From Raillietiella orientalis (Eukaryota): 64,000 nt of DNA. Under the pieces are notes generated by a model. That model saw nothing but the letters and a program-made list of their open reading frames with translations. It was not told the origin of the DNA and made no database searches. The translations under genes and the position numbers were made by a program. The stretch spans positions 434,001-498,000 of the forward strand of contig JAYWIR010000040.1 in the NCBI GenBank assembly GCA_036172245.1, written 5' to 3'. Positions 25,372 to 37,300 of the stretch are shown here, piece by piece; positions within the stretch are counted from its first letter, which is position 1; every line of letters begins with the position of its first letter.

Positions 25372-28300
25372 TCGTTGACTGAGTGCCGTTGTGAGCATTG
25401 ATTTATTTTTAAAAGTTTTTGCGAGCTCCGGACAGAGATGCACTTATTTAATTGGTGCGAAGCGCTTTGAGGAAAACTTCCCGTGTCTGTTCTCTGCTTT
25501 TCTTCCCGCATCGTTAAAAATCAGACGCGTTGAAGATTAAAATGTGCTCGAACTGCTCTCCCTCATCGATCTGCTCGGAGGACGTACAGTTAGATTCCTC
25601 ACCAGCGGGTGAAACCATTCCTCTTTGCTGCTTGTGTGACGCGCAGCCCAGAGACGGCACGAACAAAACGAGGCTGTTGGCGCTGCCGAGCTTTCACGCC
25701 CCGAATTTCCAGCTTCCCACCGGGAGGGGTCGCCAGGAAACGGAGCGGTTCTCTCGCGGGCACCCGTGCCTCCGTTTGGCGAAATCCTCTGGGAGTATCT
25801 GCGAAACTCCCCGCAAGCACGGACCCGTGTTTTCGCTCAATTGCTGGTTTCATGGCACTCGAGCTGCAGTGTGGACGAATGCCACGACTCGGCAGCATCC
25901 AACCCGAATTTCCAAACAGGAAAAATCGCTTCATTACACTTTTATTGCTTGCGCCGATCAAAGTTTTATGAACTTCGAGGGAACGAGATAGCATACTTTG
26001 AATGCAGATTAAAAATGTGGTTTGCCCGGATAATCTGCGCGGTATTGATTTACTGAGATTGAATCAGCTCGACTCCGATTCGAAACTGTTTGGCCAGTGC
26101 TAAGGTTCCAGTTTCGCACCAGATACCTTGAAGAAGGAGTTAGTAAGCAGATTGTGCTCATTTGGAGAACGATTCTTCGCGTTCATGCAAGGGGTTTCTT
26201 GGCGCACCGAAAATGTCGATTTCATGGGAGCACCGGGAATACAACGCGTAGAAAAACGGAAGCTGAAGGAAGCAAAATCTATCTCCTCCTGTTTGAGGAG
26301 GCACTCGACCATCTACGCTTGTCTCTTCTTTGCATCTCTCTTGCGTTCGCCGCTGCACACCCGAATTGCTCGCTGCTCTCTCGCTCAAGATGATCAAAAG
26401 CGAAAGTTTGGTACAATCCATCCAAAGTACATAAACGAGACTGCATCCCCTGTGTGGTTGCAAAGATTCACCCAATTTTTTACCAGCAGGGATTCCTGAC
26501 TGACGGAACGGAAACTTTCCCGATCCTGTTGCCAGAACACGTAAGGAAGTCTAGCCCGTCTGATGTGTGAAAGCGTGCAGATTTCGCACGTTGAGGCAGC
26601 AACCGCTAACCGGGGTCTGATTTCTGTTATTCGAGTCGCTTGAATTGCAATGCAGGTTGATCATTCGGCACTGGGGGACGGGGACGGGGGGGGTCTGCTA
26701 TCATCGCCTGAAGGGAAACCGTAACACTCAGCGAGATCAGGTTCTGTTCCGCTCTTCGGTGGTTCATCAAGTAACCTATGAGGGTGGTCATTTCCGAGAT
26801 CCGATTTTCCAGCTTGGTCTGCAGAATGTGGAACCATCGGGTTTCGGGATTCCCCTTTTGAGAATTTGCTTTGAGATGGTACATCCCACTCACTACGTGC
26901 ACAATTCTTTTCTACTTGAGCCATCTTATGGCTCTATATTTTTCGTTCCGAATGATTTCTCTCTTTTTCACGAGGAAGGAAATCCTCAGGATGCTACTTA
27001 ACCGGGGAGACGACCTGTAGGTGTTTCAGAGCCTCATTATTCCTGGTGTTTTTTTTTTTTTGTTGTTGTTTGTTTGCAAGTAAGATCCTGTTGTTGGCCG
27101 TTAAGTAGATTACAGTAAGGGCTACGCAAAATTTTGGTGTATTTGCACGCTGTTGCACCAGTAGATCGAAAAAAAAAAAAAAAAAAAAACCCTTAGTTAA
27201 TAAATATTTAATTGCCCTCAGTGGTTCCTTTTGCTCATGTGTTTTCCTCAATAAGCAGCGGGAATTCATTACTTTTGCAGATTCGGTAAATGCGGGCGAG
27301 TGCAACACTCACGATCTGTGTACATTCCCGTCATATTGCTGAAACAACACGAGCTCGTTTTCTGAATTTATCATCACGCATATTCATTAATCTTAATGTT
27401 CCTTTTGATGTTGATGCTCACCAAGTTGCGCCGCGTTTCTGTGGACCAATTTCGTTTCGTAGTGATCGACGGGGAACGTGTAATTGTGAGTGGCAGTCAA
27501 CTCCTGATGTTGTTTCCAAAGTGTCTTCGAGTCAGGGCTGGATGCTCGCTTTCACTGCGGCGTGTTGCCTGCAAAGAAAGTGCATCTTATCGCGAAACTT
27601 CTGACGGCCCTCCGCCGAAGGAAGGGTTGGAATAAACCGACTTCTTCGACGTCCGAGGAAGGACTTCAGTAGAGGTGTCGCGGTCATTAGTGACCTGAAT
27701 GTATTTATCTCCAGTTCCCGGATGCTTCCTCCGTGGTTATTTTGTGGTCGTTATCATGCATCTTTTGTGTTTTATCTTTTGCTATGCTTGAGTCGGTGGT
27801 AACTCTCAAGGAATTCGGGATCTCAGAATACCATCTTCTGCAGCGGACAGTGTCCTCTGCCAAGTCGACAAATGTTTTGGCGCTTCCGACCTTTTTTTTT
27901 TTTTTTTGTTTTTGGTCGTTCCTGATTTCTTTTATTCTCTGGTGTTGTTTTCAAACATTCAATTCGCACTTGAACTGGTTCTTCAGAATGCAAACATTTC
28001 TCGGAGAGATCACGACCACGCAGTCCTCCCTTGAACCGTGTGAAGCTCGTAGACGGGAAGTCTCCCTTCAAGTCGTCCAGGGAAGCAACAGTTTTCGCTC
28101 GGGAGTCGCGACCCTTTGCTTCCTTGGGAGACGTGTGAGATCCGGCCCTGTCAGGAGCTCAGAAAGTAAAGTTAGACGGGAGCGTGGCAAAGGGAGACAT
28201 GAAAGCCAATGAGCTTGGCGACGGTTCCTGGGTTCACCCATGGTTCACGGTATCCCATGAATCAACTGGTGGAAGACAGATAAGACTGTCCGTCGAATTT

Positions 28301-31300
28301 TGCCAAGGGATAGGAACTGAAGACTGGGAGTCGAAACAAACTTTTCTCTCGAAACACGTTATGGACGAGTGGGGAGGGGCTACGAGAGGTCGGGCAGCTA
28401 TAGGATTGCGATTTCGTGCACCTGACGTGAGTGCATTTTTGCTTTCTTTTGTTTTTTGAGAAGGCAGTGCGTGGCTTTTCCCTCTTTTCGCAAAAGCCAC
28501 GCACTGCTGGTGTGGTCTCCCTTGCACTGCAGCAAACGCCGCCGCGCGCTGCTTGTCTTTCAACTCTCTCGTGCACCAGTAGCCCCCTCGTGCAGGAGGG
28601 GATGGTTTCCCACGTTTGGCGCTCGGGAACATGCCCGCCCTCGATGTATCGCCCGATCGATGAAACGCAAGGAACGGCGTCGGCCGACGCCACCGCGTGT
28701 TCTTCGTGGCGCTGGACGTGCATGAGCTCGCTTCCGTCCTGATTCGCCAGCAGAGAGGAGCTTCTCTGGTCACTGGCGTTTTCCTAGGGGATCCCTTCGG
28801 ATATGCTCGGTGCGCTCTCTCGTTCCACCTCCGCATCCACACTCCTTTCGGCGCCAGGAGCACAAGAACTCCTCCGGAAAAATGAATTGTTCCCCTCTGT
28901 GTCAGCAGCGGGTCGCACGGCATCCGCGCCACGCATGCGCGCGCTTGACGCTCCCAGACAGTGTCGGACAGTGTCGTTTCTCGCTCCCTGCTTTGCTGCG
29001 AGCTGCGGCGAAACAAAGAGAACGCTGCCGTAGAAACGCTCCATGATACAAGATGGTTGCCGCCGCAGATCGATTTTGTGACTCGGAGGGGGAACGGACA
29101 TCATAGAAGGAGATGGACCCGTAGCATCGGGAGCAGACGATTCGGAAAAAAGAGAGATTCACGAGGATACTGAAGAACGGCGGCTTCACTGTCAGCAGTA
29201 GCAATCGGTTGCGGTCTCTCTGCTGTGGACCAATCGAAACATCAGCAATCACATCATCCCGAGAGAATATCGTTGTGTTCTGTTTGCATGAGGGATGACA
29301 TGCCCAATGGCGTCTTCCAGGGAGGTCGGGAGGGGGGGGGGGGAAGTTTCCTCTTCGTTTTCTCTTCGTTTCCCGTGAACATCCAGGACAATGCGTGTTT
29401 TTGTTGCGGAACTTCTGGAAATTCTTCGGCTGGGATGAATCAAGAAGCGCCTTCCTGTGAAGAAAGAGAAAAAAAAGGGAAGTTGAGCGAGCGGCTGCTG
29501 TCTCAGCGGCTGATCTCCCGGGTGTTCTGTTTTCGCGATTTCACCACCATCCTCACTCGTTTAAAAAACGAGCACAGAACAAGCGGATGCAACCGGCCAC
29601 ACAGTTGTTGAATCAGGATCCGTTGTTTCTCATCTATTTGCCACCGACTCCAGGTGCGCCGATCTGTTCCACAGCGCTTCTAGGTCCCGCGAAGATTTCC
29701 TGCCAGCTTTTCAGAGGACACCTTCTTCAGACATACACGTCTCGCTTCCTTTCTTTCTCCTTCCTTCCTTCCTCCGCCTTTCCTTCCTGGATTGCACAAG
29801 GAACGTGTTTTCCACATGTCGTTAAAGGTCTTCCGTCTCTCCTTGCAAGAAACGTCCCTTCCCATTAGTGTCTTCGGAAGGGAGTGCATCTCCGTCCGAT
29901 GGTTCAGGCCTCGCGGTCTCACCTGCTTCCAGTAAATTCCCTTCCGAAATTGCCATGTTCATCATCTTGGGGAACCACAAGTCCCAACCTGGAGAGAACT
30001 CTCCCCAGCGCTGTCCGAAAAAGGTCGAAAGCACCCGAAGCGCCTTCGCAGAAGTTGCCTTCCTCTTCCGAGGTTGTCTTGAGGAAACCGTCGGCGGAAT
30101 CTGTGATCGGAATTCCAACCGGGGGAGTGCGCGCGTTGTCTCGAGGGAACTACCGGAAACGCGGTCTAGCCGCAGAGGCGGCAGGACAAGCAGACGATCA
30201 GAGACGAAAGTTTCACCGTCCAGTAAGCGATAGCGCAGAGCTCTGCCGCTTGTTGGACGCCTTGCAAAATGTCAGCTCCCTGCCGGTGCCAGGAGGATTC
30301 TGAGGCCTTCATAAGTCCACCCCACCAGCCCTCATGCGTCATGTCACCGACCAGCAAAAATGATGGGAAAGTTAGGGCCGGGGCAACTGCACCTGCGCTA
30401 AGCTCCGGCCCTGAAATCCTCCTGGAGTCCTCCTCCTCCTCTTCACCTTGAAAATTCCTCCTGCTACCTGCCGCATGGGTCATTTCGTAGGTTCGCTTGG
30501 GTCCCGTTTGAGCTTGCCGCCGTCTGCAGCTTTCTGCATGACTGGCAAGGCCCCCGGAGGCGCTCCTGTGATATGATGTTGTCTTGCAAACACCTCTTGT
30601 TCCTCCTACTGCCACCGTTCCTGTCACGGCCTCGCATCAGCCTGCTCGCCTGGTGCTCCGCTTGCCGCTGCTGCTGAGTCCGGCACTTCGCTGCATGGTT
30701 TTTTTTTCCTGGTCGTCGCTACCCTGAGCGAGGTGCTGGACGGGAGGACGGCAGTTCTTCCTCGAGGTGGAAGAGCATCGTGCTCAGCAGCAGAGTGACA
30801 GCATGGCGGAGCCGAAGGTGAGCTGTTGATGGTGGCAGAATTCCGAGGGCGACGAGGGCAGCACCTAGAGATGCCGTCCTCGTCGCCCTCTCTTGTCTCC
30901 TCATCACCTGTTCGTCATTCCGCCGGAGAGCGATCTGCTCTTCGGGAATCGTCGTTCCCGTTTTTCCCTCCCTTATACCCTCCGCTCTTCCCATCTTCAC
31001 AGGGCGGGTGATTAGAAGCGCTGATGCGGCAGTCGCGTTTTCGCTGATGACTCGCGCGATGCGATAAGGAAAATAAAGCTCCGTGCCGTCCCTGTTGCTC
31101 TGTTTGCCAGGGGGGAGCAAGCGATACAGGGCTCTCCTTCCCCGGAGTGGAAGGATAGGGATCAAGGCGGCGAGGGGCGAGCGTTCCCTCGGAGCACATC
31201 GTAAGGGTGCTCTGAGTCCGGAAGCACTGCCTTTGCCTACGCATCCTTCCCGATTCTTCTTCTTGCGAGAGGAAGCGAGAATGGCTTCCATCCGCCGGAG

Positions 31301-34300
31301 GGCTGGAAGGTACCTTTCCCTCACTCATCTTCTCTCTTTTCGTGATCTCGTTTCTCTCCATGAGTGCATTCTTTGGGTCTCCAGGTTCCGGGGACATCCC
31401 TCTTCTCCTGGACCCCTCCGTGAGAGCACGAGAGCTGTTCATCTCCGATGCTGCCGACACGTACCCCGTGTCCTTTCTGAGGTGAGCCTTCATTCAGGAA
31501 GGAGGCGGAAGGGCAAGTTTCCCTCCTTTCTTCTAGGGGAACGTGCCGAGTCCACCATTACCAGGACGTCTACTCCATCAGGGAATTCGTCCCCAGGAAA
31601 GACACCTTCTTCTACATCCTAGGCTACAACCCGGAGACAGGCAGGCTGGCTTCCACCCAGGGAGAGATACGCGTCGGCCCTTCGCACCAGGTTGGCGCTC
31701 TCCCCCACTTTCGCCTCGCTCCCGGAAGTCATCGATTCGTTCCCTTTGTGCTCGATTAGGCTCGCCTCCCGGAGTTCCAGGCGAACGTGCTTCCCGTTGC
31801 CATGCTGGAAAAGTGCGAGGATCGGGAAGAAGTGCGCTGGCGACCCGGGTTCACTCTGGACAGCGACCTCCTCATGTACTTGCGGGCGGCGCGCAGCGTC
31901 GCGGCCTTCGCGGGGATGTGCGACAACGGTTCTCCGGACGAGGGATGCCTTGTGGCGTCGCGGGACGACACCACCATAAACGCCTTGGACACGGTAAGCA
32001 TTTTCCGAGCGCGGCCCTTCGCCTCGGGCGGTTGGGCAGGCCGTGCGTGCGAGCGTGCGTGCTTGGGATGACTTCGCGGGATGAGCGACCAGGGAGACTG
32101 GGTTCCTCTGCTCAGTCCGCAAGACAGCAGGTTGGGCAGTCTCTCTGGCCTTCTCGTTTTGCACTTCATTCTTTTCGTCTTTCTCTGCCCTTTCTTCCGT
32201 TCCTCCCTTTGCTCTTCTTGGCGGCCATGTTGCTACTCGCGGCTGCTTCGTCCCTCTCCGCATCACAAGGACCTTGTCGGATTACTGAGACTGGAAAACG
32301 GAAGGAAAGCGAAACCTCGGGAACGGGAGACTCCCTAGGTTCCGCGTTCGGTTTGAGCGCTCCGCCTCCTGCTTGGTCAGGGGTTAGTGGGACGGAGGAG
32401 CCCCCTCTTCGCGAAGGAACCTGGCACCTGCCGGAGGATGGCTTTGCGATCACATATTTCTCGCGAAACACAGTCTGAATCACCCACCGATCACGCGAGC
32501 GTGTGTTCACGTTCCCAGGCAACGCAGCATTCGGTGTGCGCTCCGGGATCTGCGCTTCCTCTCGCGAAGTGCGCGCCGTCTAGGGGAGTGTGTGCAGTTT
32601 CCCACGTTGGCTCCTGGCGTCGGCTTCCCGTGGTGACCCAACCGCCAGGTATGTATCGTGCGGCGGGCACGAAAGCACCGAAGAAGCCGTGGGGGTCAGG
32701 CGAACCTGGTCGTCGAGGTCGTCTTTTTCTTCTCCGGTGGGATCACCCCGCAAGCACACTCGATCCGCGCTCCTTGGCAACCGAGAAGATTCTGAGAATG
32801 CGTTGGCGCGTGATGCAGTAGCCACCGCGGATCTGCAACACACGTGCTTTTAAATGGTCCATCCAAAGGGCTTTCTCGCCGTTTTTTTTTTTTCTTCTTT
32901 TTTTGCTGTTCTGGTTGCGTTTTCCGGACGCTCAGTCACTTGTGAACGTCTGCACGGTGTGGAGCCGAGGATCATCGTCCGCGAATGCCGGGTTGGAATC
33001 CTTCGCAGATGGAATTTCAAGAATGATAAGGATCAGTAATTTATTTGGTCGGCCATCAAGTGCATGTCGAGCAGTGAGGTAAGCGAACCAGACGAAGTCG
33101 AGGAAGCTGTATCTGTCTTCGTTTGTTAAGCTCGCGGGCGAGCGCGCGTCTTGTTTGTGCTCGCGCGCGCGCGCGCGCGCGCGCACGTGTGTGGACACCG
33201 AAGGCTGATGTGGAGCACGATGCAAGGGACGGCCGCACCTCGTCTGCCCCCGTCTGAATACTTGCAACGCGTGTGCGTTCCTGCGATGTTTCCGCATCGC
33301 TGGAGTAACCATCGCGTCTTCTGCGAACACACCTTCCCCCGCCTCCATGTTTACAAACACAGCGAGCAGCAGCAACCCAAGTCACTGGATGCCGAGTTAT
33401 CTTGCATCTCCGCAAGTGCATCGGCCCCTTGCTATTCGGCGTGACAGCAGTCTTCGGTAACAAGGGCATTGGCGGCAACCACATTTCTGTTGATTGACAA
33501 GCTGTGGCCGCTGTGGATGTTTTCTTCTTCCTTCTGAGAATTCAATAAATGTGAAATCCTGCTTGGGAGTCCTAGGTAGATTTTTCATGAAGCTCCTCTA
33601 CTTCTTTCTTGATGCATCCCCCCCCCCCCCCAAAAAAAAAAAAGAAAAAAGAAAAAAAACGTAACGGAAACATATGGAAAAGTATGAGAGCATCTTGCAG
33701 ATTTCAAGTGAGCGAGAGTGCGAGGCTCGAGATCGTGCCCCTCGAGTTCATCCAGTCATCGTGTCCGAGTTTTGCCTTCGCTTCATCGGAAAACCGCGTG
33801 CACACACACAGTTCCATGCACCCCACCTTTCTAGCAAAATCCGGCGCTGAGTGTTTGCGCTTCGTTCTTGTAGTCGAAGTCACCAGTTATCATGTTGTCA
33901 GTGCCCCTCGTATCTAATGCCAGTGCTGATCGACACCATACATGCACAGTGTTCAAGGTATTTCTTTGCAGCTCCATTCAAACTCCTACGATCCTGGGAA
34001 AGCGTTGCAAGCCCTGCTGAAATGTCCTTTGCCCAAAGGCATCGACAAAAAGTGGACTGAAGAAGAAACGGTAAGATTTCTTTCTTTTTTTTTTTTTTTT
34101 TTTTAAAACAAAAAAAACAAACAAAAGCAAAAACAAAAAACAAACAACGAATTTGTGGCGACTTCTTGTAGACCAGTATCTCTTCCGGACGTTTATGCAT
34201 TCGTTCATTTCTTTTCTTCCTTCCCCCCCCCCCCCTCGTTAATCGATTGCAACACTTCTGGTTCGTCATTGTGACGCCAGAGTCGTGGACAGGACCTCTT

Positions 34301-37300
34301 GGCACATATTCAAAATCTTCCCCTTCCGTCGCGTGTTTCATTCGCAACGGTCAGTACTACTGCCGCCTGTCACAGTGAGCACCGCAGTGGTCATTCCTCC
34401 GCACACAGTCTGCCTTTGGAGACGCGTGTTCCAGAACTCTTTGCAGACCTGCGGAAGACAAAGTGTGCGCCCACGGAGCGCCGATTCGGAGCACGAATTC
34501 GACCGTCGAGTGCGAAAGGAGGAGCGACCGAGGGAACGCAGTATCTCGACGTGTGCAGATGGGGATCGTGAAGAAGATCGTAGCGTTCCCTCTGCGTTCC
34601 CCATTTCGTTCTCTTGATGTTCCGTTTTGCGTTCGCGCTGCGAGCATTCTCAAAGGGAACATTAACCGTGCGAAGTTGCGGTACGCATCCAGGAAGAACG
34701 CGATTTCGTCGTGTACGAACTGCGTGCTTCATCGTCTGTTGGTTCTTGAATTTGTTTGTGACCTTCTCTGGGAGTGACCAGTTTTCTTCGTGCGTGTTAT
34801 CGGTTCGCGAGCGTGCTCCTGTCTTTGGTTTTCTGAGGGATGAAAGAGAGGCAGAGGGAGGAGGAAAATGTTTTTTTGGGAAGAAAGTTTCGGAAGGGTG
34901 GCTCCCTTTTGCTGCAAAATCTTTGTGCCCCAGAATCTCAAATTTGCTGCCTCTCGGCCGACGCATGTGTTTCGGCAGCAGTGGAGCGGCATTTTCGGGA
35001 ACCCGTCGATTCCCGAAAATGCCGCTCCATCAATCGATTGTTTGTGCTTGGTGTTTGTGGCGACTCCGGGACACAGGTGAAACCGATCGTAAGGAACTTC
35101 GGCATCTTTGCTAGCCCGTTGCGGCGCGTCGGAAAGAGCGCTGGGGATTGTCTTCAGCACTGCAGCAGAGCAGCGTGCTTTGGCTACAGAGTCGGTGGCT
35201 GGAGAAGCACATGTTGTGTTTTTCGTGGTACGAATTCGAGCTACTTATGGTGTAGGGAAATGAGCAGACGAAAAATTCGCTTTACACCGATTGTGAGAGC
35301 GCTCTCAGGTGACAACAGCGCCTACTTTTCGGGACTGGGAGGTATTACTCGAGACTGCGAGGAGGAAGACCTGGGGTTTCCGAAGCGTAGGCAACCATCC
35401 AGGAAGCATGAAAGGAGTTCAAGAGAAAAATGGACTTGGAAATCTTTGACTTCCATGCCGGAGGACTCATAAGGGATGATGAGGACTCATTTTCTTCTTA
35501 TGTAGAAGTATAGAAGGGATCTGCGTCTTTCATACGAGGAGCCACCGTAGTAGTAGATACTCCGGCCTCCGAGGTTCAAGCGGCCATTGTGGAGGAGGGG
35601 GCTGCACGTGAGGGTAAACCCTCACATGCAGTCTCCATGGAACATGGTGTGCCTCGCTCCTCCCACATCACTTTTCCGGAACTTCTTCCAGCTCTGCACT
35701 TCCTGGAGCAATCTCCTCGTACTTCGCGTTGGCGTTTTGCATCGTGAGTCACTGCTGTTATCATCAGACATGTATCGAAGATTTCTGGGGCAAGATTACG
35801 CTTACAATGTTCTGGCTTGTCTTTCAAAGAAGTGGATAAAGGCAGAAACCTCTGGATATGGAGCCTGGAACGTCGGGTGCGCAAAACCTCAGTAGGCTAT
35901 GGACACTTCTGAGGTTCCAAGTCTAGCTGTTTTTTTTCAAGTGTTCGCGTGTCTCTTTGGCCGCATACAGGGAGCTTTTGTCCTCTGTAGGTGCGCCTCA
36001 CGGTAGCTTTGTGTGGCCCCTATTTTCTCAACTAAGTCAAGGGAACATCTATTGTCTGCTGCTCGAAACAAGGATTCTTTCTTTCTGACATCATTGCCGA
36101 GAAACAAGTTGACTTCCATTCCTGAAACACGGAGGGGACGGGAATATGGCTCCTCGAAAGCAAACTGGCATCGTCCTTGACTGTCGAACTCGAAATTGTA
36201 AGCCTTGTCCAGAGTCTTCTAGTTTTTCCCTTTGTGGTGAAGAGGAAGCGATTCAGAGAATCATCTTTCGGCAGTGTCAAGAAAGCTTAACACAGGTTTT
36301 GGCTGCTCTTCGCAGACAGCATCTTTCAAGACACTGAAGTCAAAGAGTTCAGAAATTTCCCCTTCCCTCCCCTCACTTGTGTGGTTCCGATGACGAGAAA
36401 AGTCCGTTCCGCTGAGTGGGCGGGTGGGTGGGTGGGAATGAACATGAAGGGGCGGGAACGCCGTTATCTCTTGCTTCCTTCACCCTGTGAGGTCAGCGCT
36501 GATTGTGGGTGCGGTATGGGGACTGATCGAGAGACCTTTGTGGGGAAGTCCAAAGGGTTCGAACATCGCGAGGTTCTGCCGGCGTTTTCCTTCTCTCTGG
36601 TTCCCACTCGCTCGCCAGGCACTTCTGCTGCAATGGGCATGTTTCTTCTTGCAGAAGCGGTTCGTGAAGGGTCTCCGGCAGTACGGCAAGAACTTCTTCG
36701 CCATCCGGAAGAATCTGCTTTCCTCCAAGGAGACGGTACGTAGCTCCTTCGCTCTCTCGTTCCTCCTTGCGTCTGACTTCCCGTCCTTGTGCCCGCAGAC
36801 TGACTTGGTAGAATTCTATTACTTGTGGAAGAAGACTCCTGGAGCAGCCAGCTTCCGGCCTCATCGCCGCCACAGGAGGCAGAACGTGCTGAGGAGGATC
36901 CGCGCTGTTCGCGCGACAAGGAGCCACAAGGAGAACCCAGGTAAGAAGGTGCCCGCGCTCCTCTCCTTCCTCCCGGCTCTCGCAATTGCCAAGGAAGGAG
37001 GGGTTCGGATCCGTGTGCTCGCTCCTCCACATCCGGGTCTTTTTTCCTTTTTCTTTTCCAGGAGACCTGAGCTCTGCCAGCGAGGAGGACGACACGGACG
37101 ACTCGGACTCCCGCGATATGAGCGGCTACCACTGTCGACACTGCTGCACCACCAGTAAGTTTCGGCGCCGCGACCCGAAAAGCACGCTAGTGGCCCTTTC
37201 TTTCCGCCCAGGCTCGAAGGACTGGCACCATGCGGGCAAGAACAAGGTGCTGCTGTGCACCGACTGCCGCCTGCATTTCAAGAAGTACGGCGAGCTGCCC

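Noticed and set aside
26780..26900. ETRW motif suggesting a hAT transposase; similarly LLDPR near 1370-1395
   Set aside because: Single short motifs without supporting flanks; too weak to call.
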